Part shown: positions 36,937 through 49,429 of the stretch, piece by piece
How positions within the stretch are numbered: the first letter of the stretch is position 1
Layout of the letters: each line of letters begins with the position of its first letter
Source: Callorhinchus milii
Lineage: Eukaryota
Reading direction: 5' to 3'
DNA length: 64,000 nt
Assembly (NCBI RefSeq): GCF_018977255.1
Contig: NW_024704742.1
Coordinates: 128,094,001 to 128,158,000 of the forward strand
The notes under the pieces: generated by a model
What the model saw: the letters and a program-made list of their open reading frames with translations, nothing else
What the model was told of the DNA's origin: nothing
Database searches by the model: none
Position numbers and translations under genes: made by a program

Positions 36937-38055
36937 ACCATAAGACGTAGGAGCAGGAGTAGGCATTCGGCCCCTTGAGCCTGCTCCACCATTTAATAAA
37001 ATCATGGCTGATCTTCTAAGCTAATTCCATTTACCCGCCCTATCCCCATATCCATTAATCCCTCTATCCTTTAGAAATCTATCAACCTCAGACTTGAATA
37101 TGTTCAAGGACTGAGTATCCACAGTCTTCTGGGATAGAGAATTTCACAAACTCACTACCCTCTGAGTGAAGAAATGTTTTGTCAGCTCAGTTTGAAAAGG
37201 CTGACCCTTAATCTTGAGACTTTGACCCCTAGTTTTCTCCAACCAGGGGAAATAGTCTCAAGGCATCTACCCTGTCAAGACCTTTAAGAATCTTATAGTT
37301 TTCTATATGACCACCTCTAATTCTTCTATATTCTAGAGAATATAGGTCTAGTTTACTCAACCTATCCTCATAGGTTAACTCACTCATCCCAGGAACTAAC
37401 CTAGTGAATCAACGGTGCACCCCTCCAAGGCGAGTGTGTCCTTTCTTAAATGAGGAGACCAAAACTGTACACAATATTCTAGATGCGGTCTCACCAAGGC
37501 CTTATACAACTGCTGCAAGACTTCCCTATTCTTGTACTCTAGCCCTTTTGCAATGAATGCCAATATGGCATTAGCCTTCCTAGTTGCTTCCTATATTTTC
37601 ATATTAACTTTTTGTGACTGGTGTACAAGGACACCTAATCCATCTGAACACTAACACTACCTAGTCTCTCCCCCTCCAGAAAATAATCCGCTTTTCTATT
37701 TTTACTACCTAGGTGAATAACTTCACACTTCCCCACGTTATACTCCATCTGCTACCTTCTTGCCCACTCACCTCGCCTGTCTATTTCCCTTTGCATTCTT
37801 CGTGTGTCATCCTCACACTTACTTTCCCACCTATCTTCGTATCATCTGCGAATTTAGACATATTAAGTTCTATTTCCTCATCTAAATCATTGATATAAAC
37901 TGTAAATAATTGAGGTCCAAGCACTGATCCTTGTGACACTCCACTAGTCACATCGTGCCAATCTGAGAAGGACCTGTTTATCCCTACTCTGTTTTCTTCT
38001 GTTAGCCACTCTCCAATCCATGCTAATATATTGCTTTAATTCCATGGGCTCTAAT
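36937..38055 (-). mobile_element. CR1 LINE, 5'-truncated 3' ~1.1 kb
   Basis: Reverse strand encodes VTSGVSQGSVLGPQLF..SKFADDTKIGG..ALVRPHLEYCVQFWSP; 3'UTR ggctcaaggggccgaatgcctactcctgctcc is homologous to 58050-58090. Confidence 0.95.
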
Positions 38056-38069
38056 CATGTTATGTGCCT

Positions 38070-38430
38070 AATCAGTGAGTGCGAGTGACTGAAAGGCTTG
38101 AACATTGGGACTTTGAACATGTAGTCCCGGCTGGCAACTCCAGTGCAGTGCTGGGGGTGTGCTGCACTGTTGGAAGTGCTGTCCTTTTGGTTGAGATGTT
38201 AAACCAATGTTCTGCCTGCCTGCTCAAGTGGATGTTAAAGATCCCGTAGTATGTTTTGAAAAGAGAGCAGTGTCCTGATCAACAAATCCCCAAAGGTGTG
38301 CCATTTAACTGCCATGTTTGCTACATACTAAATACATAGTCACAACACTTTGCAGTGAATCCTGTAAAGCATTTCAATGCATTTTCCTTCACAGGAAAAG
38401 CGCTATATCAAATACAAGCAATATTATTTA
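38070..38430 (+). mobile_element. DeuSINE
   Basis: actccagtgcagtgctggggg..gctgcactgttggaagtgctgtc..gagatgttaaacc..gtggatgttaaagatccc. Confidence 0.85.
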
Positions 38431-38659
38431 GCATTTGTTTTTTATGATGCAGCCTTAACATGAATGCATTGTTGGTTGTTATGTAATGACACTCAAGTGC
38501 TCTGGGACCCTACCTGCATGAGGGGAGCTATATAAATGCAAGTTGTTGTTGTTGTGGACACTGCCAATGATATGATAAGAAATAAACTCAGAAGAGGGTA
38601 TTGATATGTTAAGACACAATATCAATACATATACCTTGTGCATATTGTGCATCTCAATC

Positions 38660-40246
38660 TGTGACCAGGGCTCCCTCTGCCTCCTTGTCCTCCTGGACCT
38701 CTCCGCCGCGTTTGACACAATCGATCACACCATCCTCCTCCACCGACTTTCCTCCATCATCCACCTTAGTGGGACCGCAATCACCTGGTTCGAGTCCTAC
38801 CTCACGAACCGCCAACAGTATATCTGCACAAATGGCTTCTCCTCCCGCTCTCACCCGGTCACCTGCGAGGTACTCCAAGGTTCCATCCTTGGCCCCCTCC
38901 TCTTTCTGATCTACATGCTCCCTCTTGGGGATGTCATCCGCAGATATGGGGTACACTTCCACATGTATGCGGATGACACCCAACTCTATTTTTCCACCTC
39001 ACTTTGTGACCCCTCAGTTCCCTGTTGTTCTGTCAACCTGTCAACGTGGAGTCCTGTAGCTCAGTGGTTAGAGCACTCGCTTTGCAAGCGAGAAACCTGA
39101 GTTCAATTCCAGGCAGAGGGCGAAACCTTGGGCAAGTTTCCTTACTCCACACAGAGCCTAATAATAATCCCTCCAAAAACAAAAACAATAATAAATTGGT
39201 CATTTTCAATCTATGACTGTTTGTGGGACATTGCTGTGCGCAATTGGCTGCCGCGTTCGCCCACAAATATACAGTCAATTCACTTTACAGTGTGTTCTGT
39301 GAAGCGCTTTGGGACATCCTCCCAACGTGAAAAGCGCTATATCAAATGCAAGGATTATTATTATTATATAACCTGTCTGTCAGTAGCTGGATGAGCGCAA
39401 ATTTCCTTCAGCTGAACGTTGACAAGACGGAAGCCATACTCTTTGGCTCTCGTCAACATCTAAGATCACATGGTTCTCACCTCCTCCAAATACCCGACGT
39501 CCCCCTAAAACTCTCCGAACACGTACACAACCTAGGCGTCAGGTTCGACCCAAAATTATCCTTCCTCCCCCACATCCGGTCCCTCACCAGCACCGCTTTC
39601 TTCCACCTCCGACGCATTGCCCGTCTCTGCCAATACCTCACTCCAAAAGCCGCTGAAACTCTGGTCCATGCCTTTGGCACCTCTCGGCTGGATTACTCAA
39701 ATGCCCTCCTCACCAGTCTCCCCTCCACTACCATCCATAAAATCCAGGTATTATAAAACTCTGCCGCCCGCATTCTTACCCGTACTAAACTTCACTCTCC
39801 GATTACCCCAGTCCTTGCCAGACTGCACTGGCTGCCTGTCCCAGAGAAGATTGACTTCAACATCCTCACCCTTGTCTTCAAATCCCTCCACTTCTGTGCA
39901 GCCCCCTACCTTTCTGATCTCCTCTCTCCTCAAAACAGTACCCGTTGCCCTCATTCCATCGGGTCTGGCCTCCTCCTTGCCCCCCGAGTCCTCCGCTCCA
40001 CTCTCGGCGGCCGTGCCTTCAGCCACTATGACCCAAGGCTCTGAAACTCCCTTCCTCACTCCCTTCGCCTCGCTCCCTCTCTTCCTATTTTCAGGTCTCT
40101 GCTGAAGACCTTTCTTTTCAATCGCGCCTTTGGTCACCTTCCTCCCCCTCTCCTTGGCTCGGTCCTGGGATCCATTACTGTGAAGCGCTGTGAGACGCTG
40201 TCCGGCGTGGAGGGCGCTATATAAATCCAAGTTGTTGTTGTTGTTG
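38660..40246 (+). mobile_element. L2 LINE 3' ~1.25 kb (subfamily 2), interrupted by a SINE
   Basis: [35 protein letters not shown] | [25 protein letters not shown] and LHWLP; (TTG)n tail at about 40231-40246. Confidence 0.96.
39046..39367 (+). mobile_element. full-length young tRNA(Ala)-derived SINE with 8-bp TSD
   Basis: A box TAGCTCAGTGG, anticodon-like arm CTCGC-TTTGCAA-GCGAG, B box GAGTTCAATTCC; AACCTGTC at 39035-39042 and 39370-39377. Confidence 0.95.
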
Positions 40247-40920
40247 CCTATTACAACAGGACCGACACTAAAGCATAGTGTAAATTCTACCAGTGATTTG
40301 CAGCATTTCAGAAGGTTCTCATTTCTGGATCACTGTTGCAGTTCCTAACTGAAGAGTTGAATCCGATTCACTTGTGATTGAGGTGGTACCTGAATCTTCA
40401 ATGGTAGATGAAGTGCTCCTAGAATGGAGATCAAATTTGTGATGATTTAATGTCATGTATGGACTTGAATCACATCATTTTCAATAGTGGTTTTGATACC
40501 TTCTAAGAACCATGTGTGTGTCTGTGCCAGGCTGTCAAAAGCTGGTTAATTAATCGGACTCAGCAGGATCTAAGCGATTATTAAGTGGATGACCCAATAG
40601 GCAGTAGGTTGTGTCAATCTGATCAAAAGCTTCACAGTAGTTTAAATTACTTGGACCTCTCTTACTATCTTTGATGAATCTTGGGACTGTCCATATACGA
40701 GTACTTATACTTTGGAGTTCCTTTTAGTACATTGGTGATATAAAAAGTATGCTGCAGTATTGTGCTTCCTTCAGTTTAATAACCAATCAAAAATCTTCAT
40801 CGAATTTTTGGTTCTCGCTATTTTGTACATTTAATTATTCATGTATTGTGCTGGTGACAATAAACTCATGAAATATATCTGAAAACCGGAGAGGAGATCT
40901 AGTTTTAGGAAGGCAGGATA

Positions 40921-41090
40921 TTTTATTTTTGATCAGCTGGGTTTCTGATATATGCAGAAACGCATAACCATATTTAAGAGTCTCCAAACGAAATTATTAA
41001 GAGTTTCACATATGCAGCAGCAGTCCATTTGTCTTGAATGAAGTGTATACTCTCCCTGCAGGGATGCATCCTGTGAACCTAACTACTATG
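40921..41090 (-). repeat. repeat X, 3' part, diverged
   Basis: ttttattttgatcagctgggtttctgatatatgcagaaac..ttaagagtctccaaac..actctccctgcagggatgcatcctgtgaacctaa. Confidence 0.75.
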
Positions 41091-43139
41091 TCATGGCAGG
41101 GTTCTACTGTACTAGTTAGCATTATCTTAATGGCTAGGAATTTGCCTCACAATATTGAGAACACGTCCAACGATGCAATGATGTACCAGTAGTTGACTAT
41201 CAACAATGCTTTGGATTATTGCAGACCTGCTTGACTTTACAAGATGTACGTCTTTGCAGCCAGTTGAATCCGAGAGAGATCCCGCTTACCTTCCTTCTCC
41301 TTGCTATTTGTAGCAAAGCTACTGATTTCAGACACTTGTTTAGTTTATATGGTATTTCTCTGAGGGGCATTTCTACCTTTTTGCTCAATTAAGCCAATTG
41401 TTTCATTAATTTTGCTAGTTATTTGGGGAGAGGTGTGTCCTTTCCCTTGGCAACCCATGATGAATACATTTACAACATTCACAAAAAGGCTAAGTCTGAT
41501 TTCTGGAAAGCTAGCAAAAAAGCGGAATGGCAAACCCTTTGGACTCTCTGGGCTTTTCTCAGACTTTGCCGACTTGAGATTTGCGATTTGCTGTGCTTCA
41601 CAGTTTGCTCCACGATAGTTTCCACTGTGCTGTGCTCTGATACTTTGTCCTATATGAAGGGCACTATATTAATCCAAGATGTTGCTCTTCTTCTTGAATC
41701 TCACTGTAACTTTGGCAATCTGGTATGTGTGGGCAAAAGGCCCAACAACTTTCTGTTTGCGAATGTTGCATTTTAGACCCTGATCTAACAAAATCTAACT
41801 GCAAGTGTTCCCAAGCACTTTACATTCACACTTGCTGCCATTGTAAAGCCCTTGTGTTTAATTACTCTTTCAGCCCCAAAGTTAAATGCGCGAGCACATC
41901 AACTGAACCATATATTTTGTCCTCTGGTTGTAATGCTAATTTCTCTGTGCTTATGTGTCAAATGTGACACTGGTCTGAGGTTTTGTTCGTTTCCATAACA
42001 ACCAGCCTCACGTTAGCACAAATCCCCGAGATTTCTATTTTCTTAGATTAGCGTTTGCTTTTCAAGTAACTACCATTTTGTCTTTATTTGAAATGAACGT
42101 TATCCATTATACGCTTTCTAAAGTCATTTAATGACCCTCCGCAGGTGATTGTGAGCAGTTAGCTGATTTTAGATTTGTTAAGTGAATGAGGAATGGTCAC
42201 CTTAAAAAAAGCACTTTGAAAAATATGACTCATCTTTTAAATGATGGTTCTTGTAGTGACTGTTTTGAATTCCTCCTGCTACAATTTAGTTGAAGAAAAG
42301 AATCCTGTTAAATAAGGGAACCTCATCTCTTGAAAATGACCTGGGTTTCTCTTACATGAAGCACTTAGTGTAGAATGAATTGATTTTTATTGTGGGTTTT
42401 TATTATTGTGACCCCAGGAAATCATTTAACAAAGGGTTTACTTGCAATACAGCCTCTAATGGAGGACTTGTGGCATTCAACATGCACAGCTCCCCCCACA
42501 AATATCATCTGTTTATTCTGAATCTGGCTTATATTCTCTCTGGCAACCCACCCCCCCACCACCCACACACACACACACACAGGTTCAGTCCTCTCTTGCA
42601 TTCACTCTCATGCATGATCCTTCTCAGTCAGGAGAGTAGGATGCTCCTGGTATCACCTCTATGAATGTGGTCTCACTGTAAGTTGCTTCCTCTTTGCTAG
42701 TGACTAGGATTTCAGTACATTTAGGTGAGATTTGCTTTTGCCCATAACCTCAGAGATCCACACTGATCTCTACTCTTAGGGATGGGAAGGGATCTGAAGG
42801 AGATGTACTCCACCAGTGGAATGTGTACAGTTGGGCAGAGACAGCTATTTGACGGTGGGTGGAATGTGATGTTGTGATGAGATAAGAATCATCACTTGAT
42901 AGTTGATAATTATTGACAAGTTGGGACCACAATTTTTGGTAATGAAATAATATCCAGTAGTCCAAGACGTCCTTTGTGAAGGGAACTTTGTAAATGCAAA
43001 TTGTTGCTGTTGTAATACCATTGATGATAATTATTACATATTGCATTGTTAACCCAATCAAACCACACGGGAATAGATATGTTACGTTCATTTATTTTAT
43101 TAGCTCCTGCCAGCTCTTTTAATTCCATTTCCCTGCCTT

Positions 43140-43720
43140 ATCTCAATATCAGTTAATATTACTTCCCAGGGCTACTCGATCTCTCTTTTAAACACCATTA
43201 ACCCCCCCAAAAAAACAAGGATTATTAATCAATTCTCCATCTACAGCTCTCTAAGGTAATGATTTCTCCATTCTCATTTCCCTCTGTGTGAAGAACCATA
43301 TTCTGACATCATTTTTAAGCAGTTTAACTCTAATTTTTAGACTGTTTCTCTTTGTTTTGAATCCATTGCCAATATGCACAGTCACACCACAGGACAGTAA
43401 ATCATGTGAAGCTCTTTTGAGACATCTAAACAACATGATAAGGTGCAATATCTAGTGCAAGGATTATTATTATCTACTGGATTCATCCCCTATTTAGCTT
43501 GTCAATTTTCTTCATTATTTTAAATACCCAATCAGATCACTCCTTAACCTCCTCAGCTCTTGGGAATATAACCCATGTTTACCCAACGTCTCATCCTTTC
43601 CCCAAGTATTCCATTGAGGGAATCAACCAGGTGACTTCCAAAGCTAGTATATTTCTCCTAAGGTTGCGTGTGCAAAACTGACCACAATATACTCCAAATT
43701 AGGTCTGACCAATGCTCAAC
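43140..43720 (-). mobile_element. old CR1 3' fragments with an inserted SINE tail
   Basis: Minus: LLKNDVRIWFFTQR; gcaaaactgaccacaatatactccaaattaggtctgaccaatgct (reverse of LVRPxLEYxVxFC). Confidence 0.7.
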
Positions 43721-45411
43721 TCTGCAGAAACAAATTGCTGCAATATGCCAGATCTCTTCTTGTTTACCGAGGATCCCAGGTATGTGGCATCATATAGCCT
43801 TACACATTCTTAGTGTTTGGAGTGAGGAGGACACAGGTTTAACTCCGACACAATAGCCTGAACTTCTGTGGTCTCTTCTTATTGTTACCCCCTAGAAATC
43901 CATTGGATAGGGATATAGATCTCAGTAGGAAGATGCCAGGAGGCAGGTCTGACATTACACTGCATTGTTGTAGGTATTGCTTCTCAGATGGGGCGTTAAG
44001 GATCCCGTGGCACTATTTTGAGGACGAACAAGGGGGTTTTCCCAGTGTTTTGGCCAATAGTCTTCTCTGAACCAAATACACCCACAAACCAAATGAATTG
44101 GTCATTTGTCACACGACTATTTGCAGAGGGTTGCGAAACAGATTAGATACTGCGCTGACATTCCCAACAACAGCCATTTAATTTCCAAGTAACTCATTGT
44201 GTGAAGCGTTATTTATTTTCCCCTTTATTAACGGCAAATACTTACCGTGGTTTCTGAGGAGTGAGATTGCTGAGAGGAACACGCAACAATCATTGTGCTT
44301 CTGTTTATGGGCAACTACATTTACAACATTAAACAAATCATAATAATTTAGTCCCATGACTGTTTATGGGACACTGCTGTGCACAATTGGCAGCCACATT
44401 TCACCCACAAAATATAGTCAATTCACTTAATAGTATATTCTGTGAAGCACTTTGAGATGTCTCGAAGACGTTATAAGGTGCTTTATCTAATGCAAGTATT
44501 ATTATTACATTGTTACTAAAATAAGATCCACAGGAATATTGCCCTCTGAGAGGGCAGCTCGAAAAAGCAAAAAACGTGTCCAACATTATGTGACCGAATT
44601 ACTCGACCTTTGCTCCTCGGAATTTCCCTGGGATTTAAATGATATTACACTTTTTAGGCATTAAAAGTGGTTATAATAATGTGCTGGAGCCAAGAAGCAC
44701 AACTTGAAGTTATAGAGTCTCAACATGAAACTACAACATACTGAGATTTATATTCCTATAAAAACAGAATCCAGGGGGTAACATTCAAGAGAGTGGGAGG
44801 CAGTGTCTGTACAGCTTGACTGCAAAGAGTTTTGGGGAGAGTCTCCTCACTGGCACAAAATCCTTTCTTGGTTATTTTGATGTGCAAATAAACCACATTC
44901 AGCTCAGTGTTGGCTCCGTTCACTTGGCCCACTTCCAACATAGGCCGAGTTACATCTTTTGGAAACAATGCTGCTCTTTATTTTGTGAACTGCACTGATG
45001 TGGCATTGCCTAATACTTTTACTGTTTTGTTATTAGTGTTACAAGAACAAATACACTGCTACCATTAAACCTACAACCAAAGAAAATACACTCTACAGGA
45101 TATTGACCCAACCATCATGTAAAGTACTACTGGTAGAAAAACCTTCGACAACTTACTTTCATTCTGTAAGAATATGTATTTCTATAGCACATTGTCACAT
45201 TGAAATGTATCAAAGCACTTCACAAACACATAAATTTCAGGCGTAGTGACTATTTTTCACAAGATCACAAGACTAACTTGAATGAGGAAGGACCTTTGGC
45301 TCGTGTGATCTCATTCCTCCTGAATACCGACCCTGCTATCACAACATGCATCGCAATGATTTAAAAGGATTGCGAGTAAACTCTGAAGCCTTGGGCCAGC
45401 AAAGTTCCAGA

Positions 45412-45830
45412 AACCTGGCTCAGTTGGCAACATTTTTGCCTCTGAGTCAGAAGGTTGTGAGTTCAAGAGCCACATCAGGATTTGGAACTCACATAATGTA
45501 AGATGACACTCAAATGCAGGACTGAGGTGTGCTGCATTGTTGAAGGTGCCATCCTTCTATCAGATAAAATAAACCAAGGTCCTATTTGTCTGTTCAGGTG
45601 TAAGTTAAAAACTCATTCAAAAAGAGAAGAGAGTCCCTCCCACTGCCCTGGCAAACTGATCCATAAATATAATTTCTCATTCACTTCATGGTTGTTTATG
45701 GGACATTACTGTGTGCAAAATTGGCTACCACGTTTGCCCATAAAATACGCAATTACTGCCCTTTACAGGATATCCTGTGAAGCACTTTGGCATGTTCTCC
45801 TGACATGAAAGGTGTTATATCGAGGATTAT
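45412..45830 (+). mobile_element. DeuSINE
   Basis: cctggctcagttggcaac..ctctgagtcagaaggttgtgagttcaag..aaaccaaggtcctatttgtctgttcaggtg, then tail. Confidence 0.88.
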
Positions 45831-47004
45831 AAGCCAAATAACCAATGTCTTTGGAGGATTATTGCTATTATTGAGGATCACTGAGAGAAACTCCACTGTT
45901 TGAATCATGTTGTGGGATCTTTATAGTCTGTTTAAGAGTGCTACCAATTGAGCCAGCTGACCCTGACTCTTAATCTGGGTGTAAAAGTAAAAAGACAACA
46001 TTAAGATATATTATCATTAATACATAAACTGTAATTAAGATCAAATGCCATCAAAACTTCTCTTGGCCTTTCACTACTTTAAGTTGCCATTTTTAAAATT
46101 TCAAAATCATGGAAATAGCATTGGGTCCAGTCAACAAATAAAGCATTTTTGAATACAATATTTACTATTTAGAATAAACTAGATGATTGACAACTGGAAA
46201 CGTTTTCTATGAATGAAATTTTGAACTTATTAAAATTGCAGCCTCTTCTATAATAGCTGTCATACAAATGTCCGCAGTAATACAGGAAAGTAATGGATGC
46301 TATTTTGCACATGTCTTTAGTTATAGCAATAACCATTTACTTTTATGTAGTACCTTTCATGTCGGGAGGATGCTTCAATGCACTTCACACAGCTGACTGG
46401 GAGCCAAGCTGTGTTTTTTAGGGGAGAGGGCAAGGTGGCTGAAAATGTAATTGAAACATATAGGTCTTAAGGTGAGGTTTGAAGTTGGGGAGGGAGAGGG
46501 GAAGAATTTCCAGTGAGTTGAGCACAGAACGGCTGAAAACTCACCCACCGAGCAGCAGGCATGAAGCATTGTGCATTTCAATATGATGCAAATGATGAAC
46601 ACCAGACAACAGTAGGGTTTAGCAAAACCTGCACAGTGCAAAAATAGGCTTAGCAAAATGTGGTTCGATAAACTGCTCTAATACTCATCAGTTTCCAGCA
46701 GGATTCCTTAATAAGGAATAAAGCAATGACTCTTTCTGGTAATTGGATAAACATCACACAAATCAAGCTAACACATTCTGAAGTTAGACCCAGCAAAGTG
46801 AATTGCTGTGAGTTGGTATCAGGTAATTATTAAGTGGGGGGTGTATTCCCCACACACACACACTCTTGGCCCCACCACCCTCGGCCCCCACCTCAACTCA
46901 GGTTAATACTCTGAATTGTCCAGCGCCTTGGGACGCTCTCTCAGCATGAAAGGCGCCATACAAATGTAATTTTGTTGTTGTTGTCGTGTTAAGGAATCCT
47001 TATC

Positions 47005-47095
47005 AAGGAATCTGAAAATGCCGTAAATTCACCGTAGGTCACTCAGCGTCCAAACGAGTCAGATAAGCGTTTGGGTTCGACCCTTCATCAGAAGC
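47005..47095 (-). mobile_element. Penelope-type end fragment with degenerate minimal hammerhead fold
   Basis: Minus: GCTT-CTGATGA-A-GGGT-CGA-ACCC-AAAC-GC-TT; downstream gacgctgagtgacctac..gcattttcag resembles the 59.8-kb copy. Confidence 0.55.
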
Positions 47096-47931
47096 AACAT
47101 TGGATGGATTGGGGTTGGAGGGTGTGTTCACAGAGCTGCACATGATTTCCTAAGCCCTACAAATAAACAGATTCACAACATCTTCTTCCAATATTTTATT
47201 TAAAACATGGGACTAAATTGGGATGTTTTGTTTTACATTCGGTTCCCTATGTTGGCATAGAATACGTTATGATTGCGTGTCGTTCATTGTTAGATACTCG
47301 CCTGTTTTGTTTTGCTGCAACTGTGTGCCAGGGTAGCTTACACCATGTAAATTAACCAGTGCAGCATATAAACCATCCTATTCACAAGAAAGTTGGCAGT
47401 GATCATGAGTTATTAAACCTTGCCAATTCTACAATAAGCGGGAGGCTTATGGAAGGAGAATTAACTGGCTGGTACCTGCTAGGTAAGTCATTAACCTACG
47501 GATCTCAGTGTCTGTTCTTTTTTTCATACATTTTAATAATGCCATTCTGTCTTTGGCAAGTGATCACAGTCTGAAGACATGGATTACGACTCCAATGTCA
47601 TATCCACACACTAAGCTCAGGAAAGGTGAATAATGAGGCACACAAATAACAACAACCACACACTCTATTCTTCATTAATGCTGACATCTCCATATGATGG
47701 TGCCAGATCTGATGCACAGCTCGGGCTGGGAATGTCTCAAATGCTTACTGACAGGAGGTTACGGGCAGATGTGTGCCAACTGCTTCTGGCACAGGATGTG
47801 CTATAAGGATAGTCAGACAGTGGAAATGTTAGCATCTTTAGGATCAGATTGTGATGATTAGCTTTCACAGATGGCAACCCGAATGTAATTGACTGGTTTT
47901 GCTGAGCACCACAGTTTATCTTTATTTTATT

Positions 47932-48430
47932 TGTCAGCCTAGCTCAGTTGGTAGCCCACTCGTCACTGAGTCAAAAGCTTATAAGGTTCCATGTCAGAAC
48001 TTTGAATTCACTTAGTCAATGCTGACAGTCTATTGCAGTGCTGGGGGTCGGAGATATCGTTTTTCGCATTAGGCATTAAATCTACAGGAGCAGGCGAATG
48101 TTAAAGATCACATCAACAACAACAACAAGATTCCATTTATAAAGCGCCTTTCACGTCAGGAGGACGTCCCAAGGCGCTGAAACTATTTGTCATGGCACAT
48201 GACACTATTCAAAAAGACAAGGAAGTTTCTCCCAGTGTGTGGACCAACAATCCCCCAAATAAAATTGGTCATTCACTTCCCGGTTGTTTGTGGAACGTTG
48301 CCATGTGCAAATTTGCTGCCGTGTTTGTTAGCAAATACAGTCATTACACTTTACAACAAGTCCTGTGGAATACATTGAGATGCCCTCTCAATGTGAAAAG
48401 GCACTATATCAAATGCAAGGATTAGGATTA
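47932..48430 (+). mobile_element. DeuSINE split by a short minus-strand L2 tail (about 48113-48185)
   Basis: gtcagcctagctcagttggtagc head; gttaaagatcacat|caacaacaac...|catggcac; then tail. Confidence 0.85.
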
Positions 48431-49429
48431 TAACAGTTTACAACAAAATGATTTGCTAATGATTATTGTACCATCGTACAATAATGGTAAAAAGGTGAAG
48501 TGATGGCATTTCCCACAAACACACCCTATTATAGAGAATAGAGAACACAGTATTAAATTCCAGATTGCTTCACAGTACATTGACACGTAGTCCAGAATGT
48601 TTGGCAATGGGTTCTGTTTGTGAGAAAACCACTGCCAAAAATAGCTATTATTATTATTATTATTTAAAAAAAATCTTTTTATACTTGTTGCACACAGAGT
48701 GGAATGAAGTCATAATTTTAACCATACGCTCATGAATCGTGTCCATTGGTAGGGTTTTTTTCATTTCCAGTCAATAAAAAAAATTATTCTTCATAAGCCT
48801 CCTTTGCCTGTTTGTGCTGTAATTATTATCCTTACTTTATACTGCCCCCAATCCACAGTTGAAGGGCAGCTGTGCCTATATTTAATAACAATAATAATCC
48901 TTGCATGTGTTTTAGTGCCTTATCATGTCTTCGAGACATCTCAAAGCGCTTCGCAGAATATACTGTAAAGTGAATTGACTGTAATGGATGGGTAAATGGA
49001 AGGGGTCGTCTAAAATTATGGTCTGTGTTTTTTCCACCTCAGTCATGTTTTGAGGCATTCCTGAAATTCCACCATAGACTACACTAGACTGGGAAAACTG
49101 ACCAGTTCACACTGGATCTGAGAGCATTAAGATGCAATATGCAAGTTGATATATTTGCGATGTTTCAGAACTGAAAAGGGGCACCAATGGTTAGCACCGA
49201 GGGTAGCTTTTGAAAACAGGCTCAAAGGTTTCAGTTTAATGATGGGATACCAGATTAATTCAAACCGTGTCATGTAAAGCAGTGCTCAGATGCTGACTTT
49301 GAGCTGAAAAAAAGGGTTGTATGATAATGGTGAAAAGATGTCACATGACAAGCACATGTCATGTCCCAAACTATGTACTGTATCCCAAGATATTATTTCC
49401 GAAAATAATTTGCCTTTGAAAGAATCAAC

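Noticed and set aside
39046..39125. tRNA-Ala gene (also the similar heads at 50.7k, 53.9k, 55.3k and 61.3k)
   Set aside because: No proper acceptor stem, and the sequence continues into a SINE body and tail, so these are SINE heads.
39128..39394. Repeated ORF MGKFPYST...KCKDYYY in several places, suggesting a multigene family
   Set aside because: Incidental reading frame of near-identical SINE copies.
41281..41400. Strong minus-strand donor GAAG|GTAAGC
   Set aside because: No plausible upstream acceptor and no recognisable peptide.
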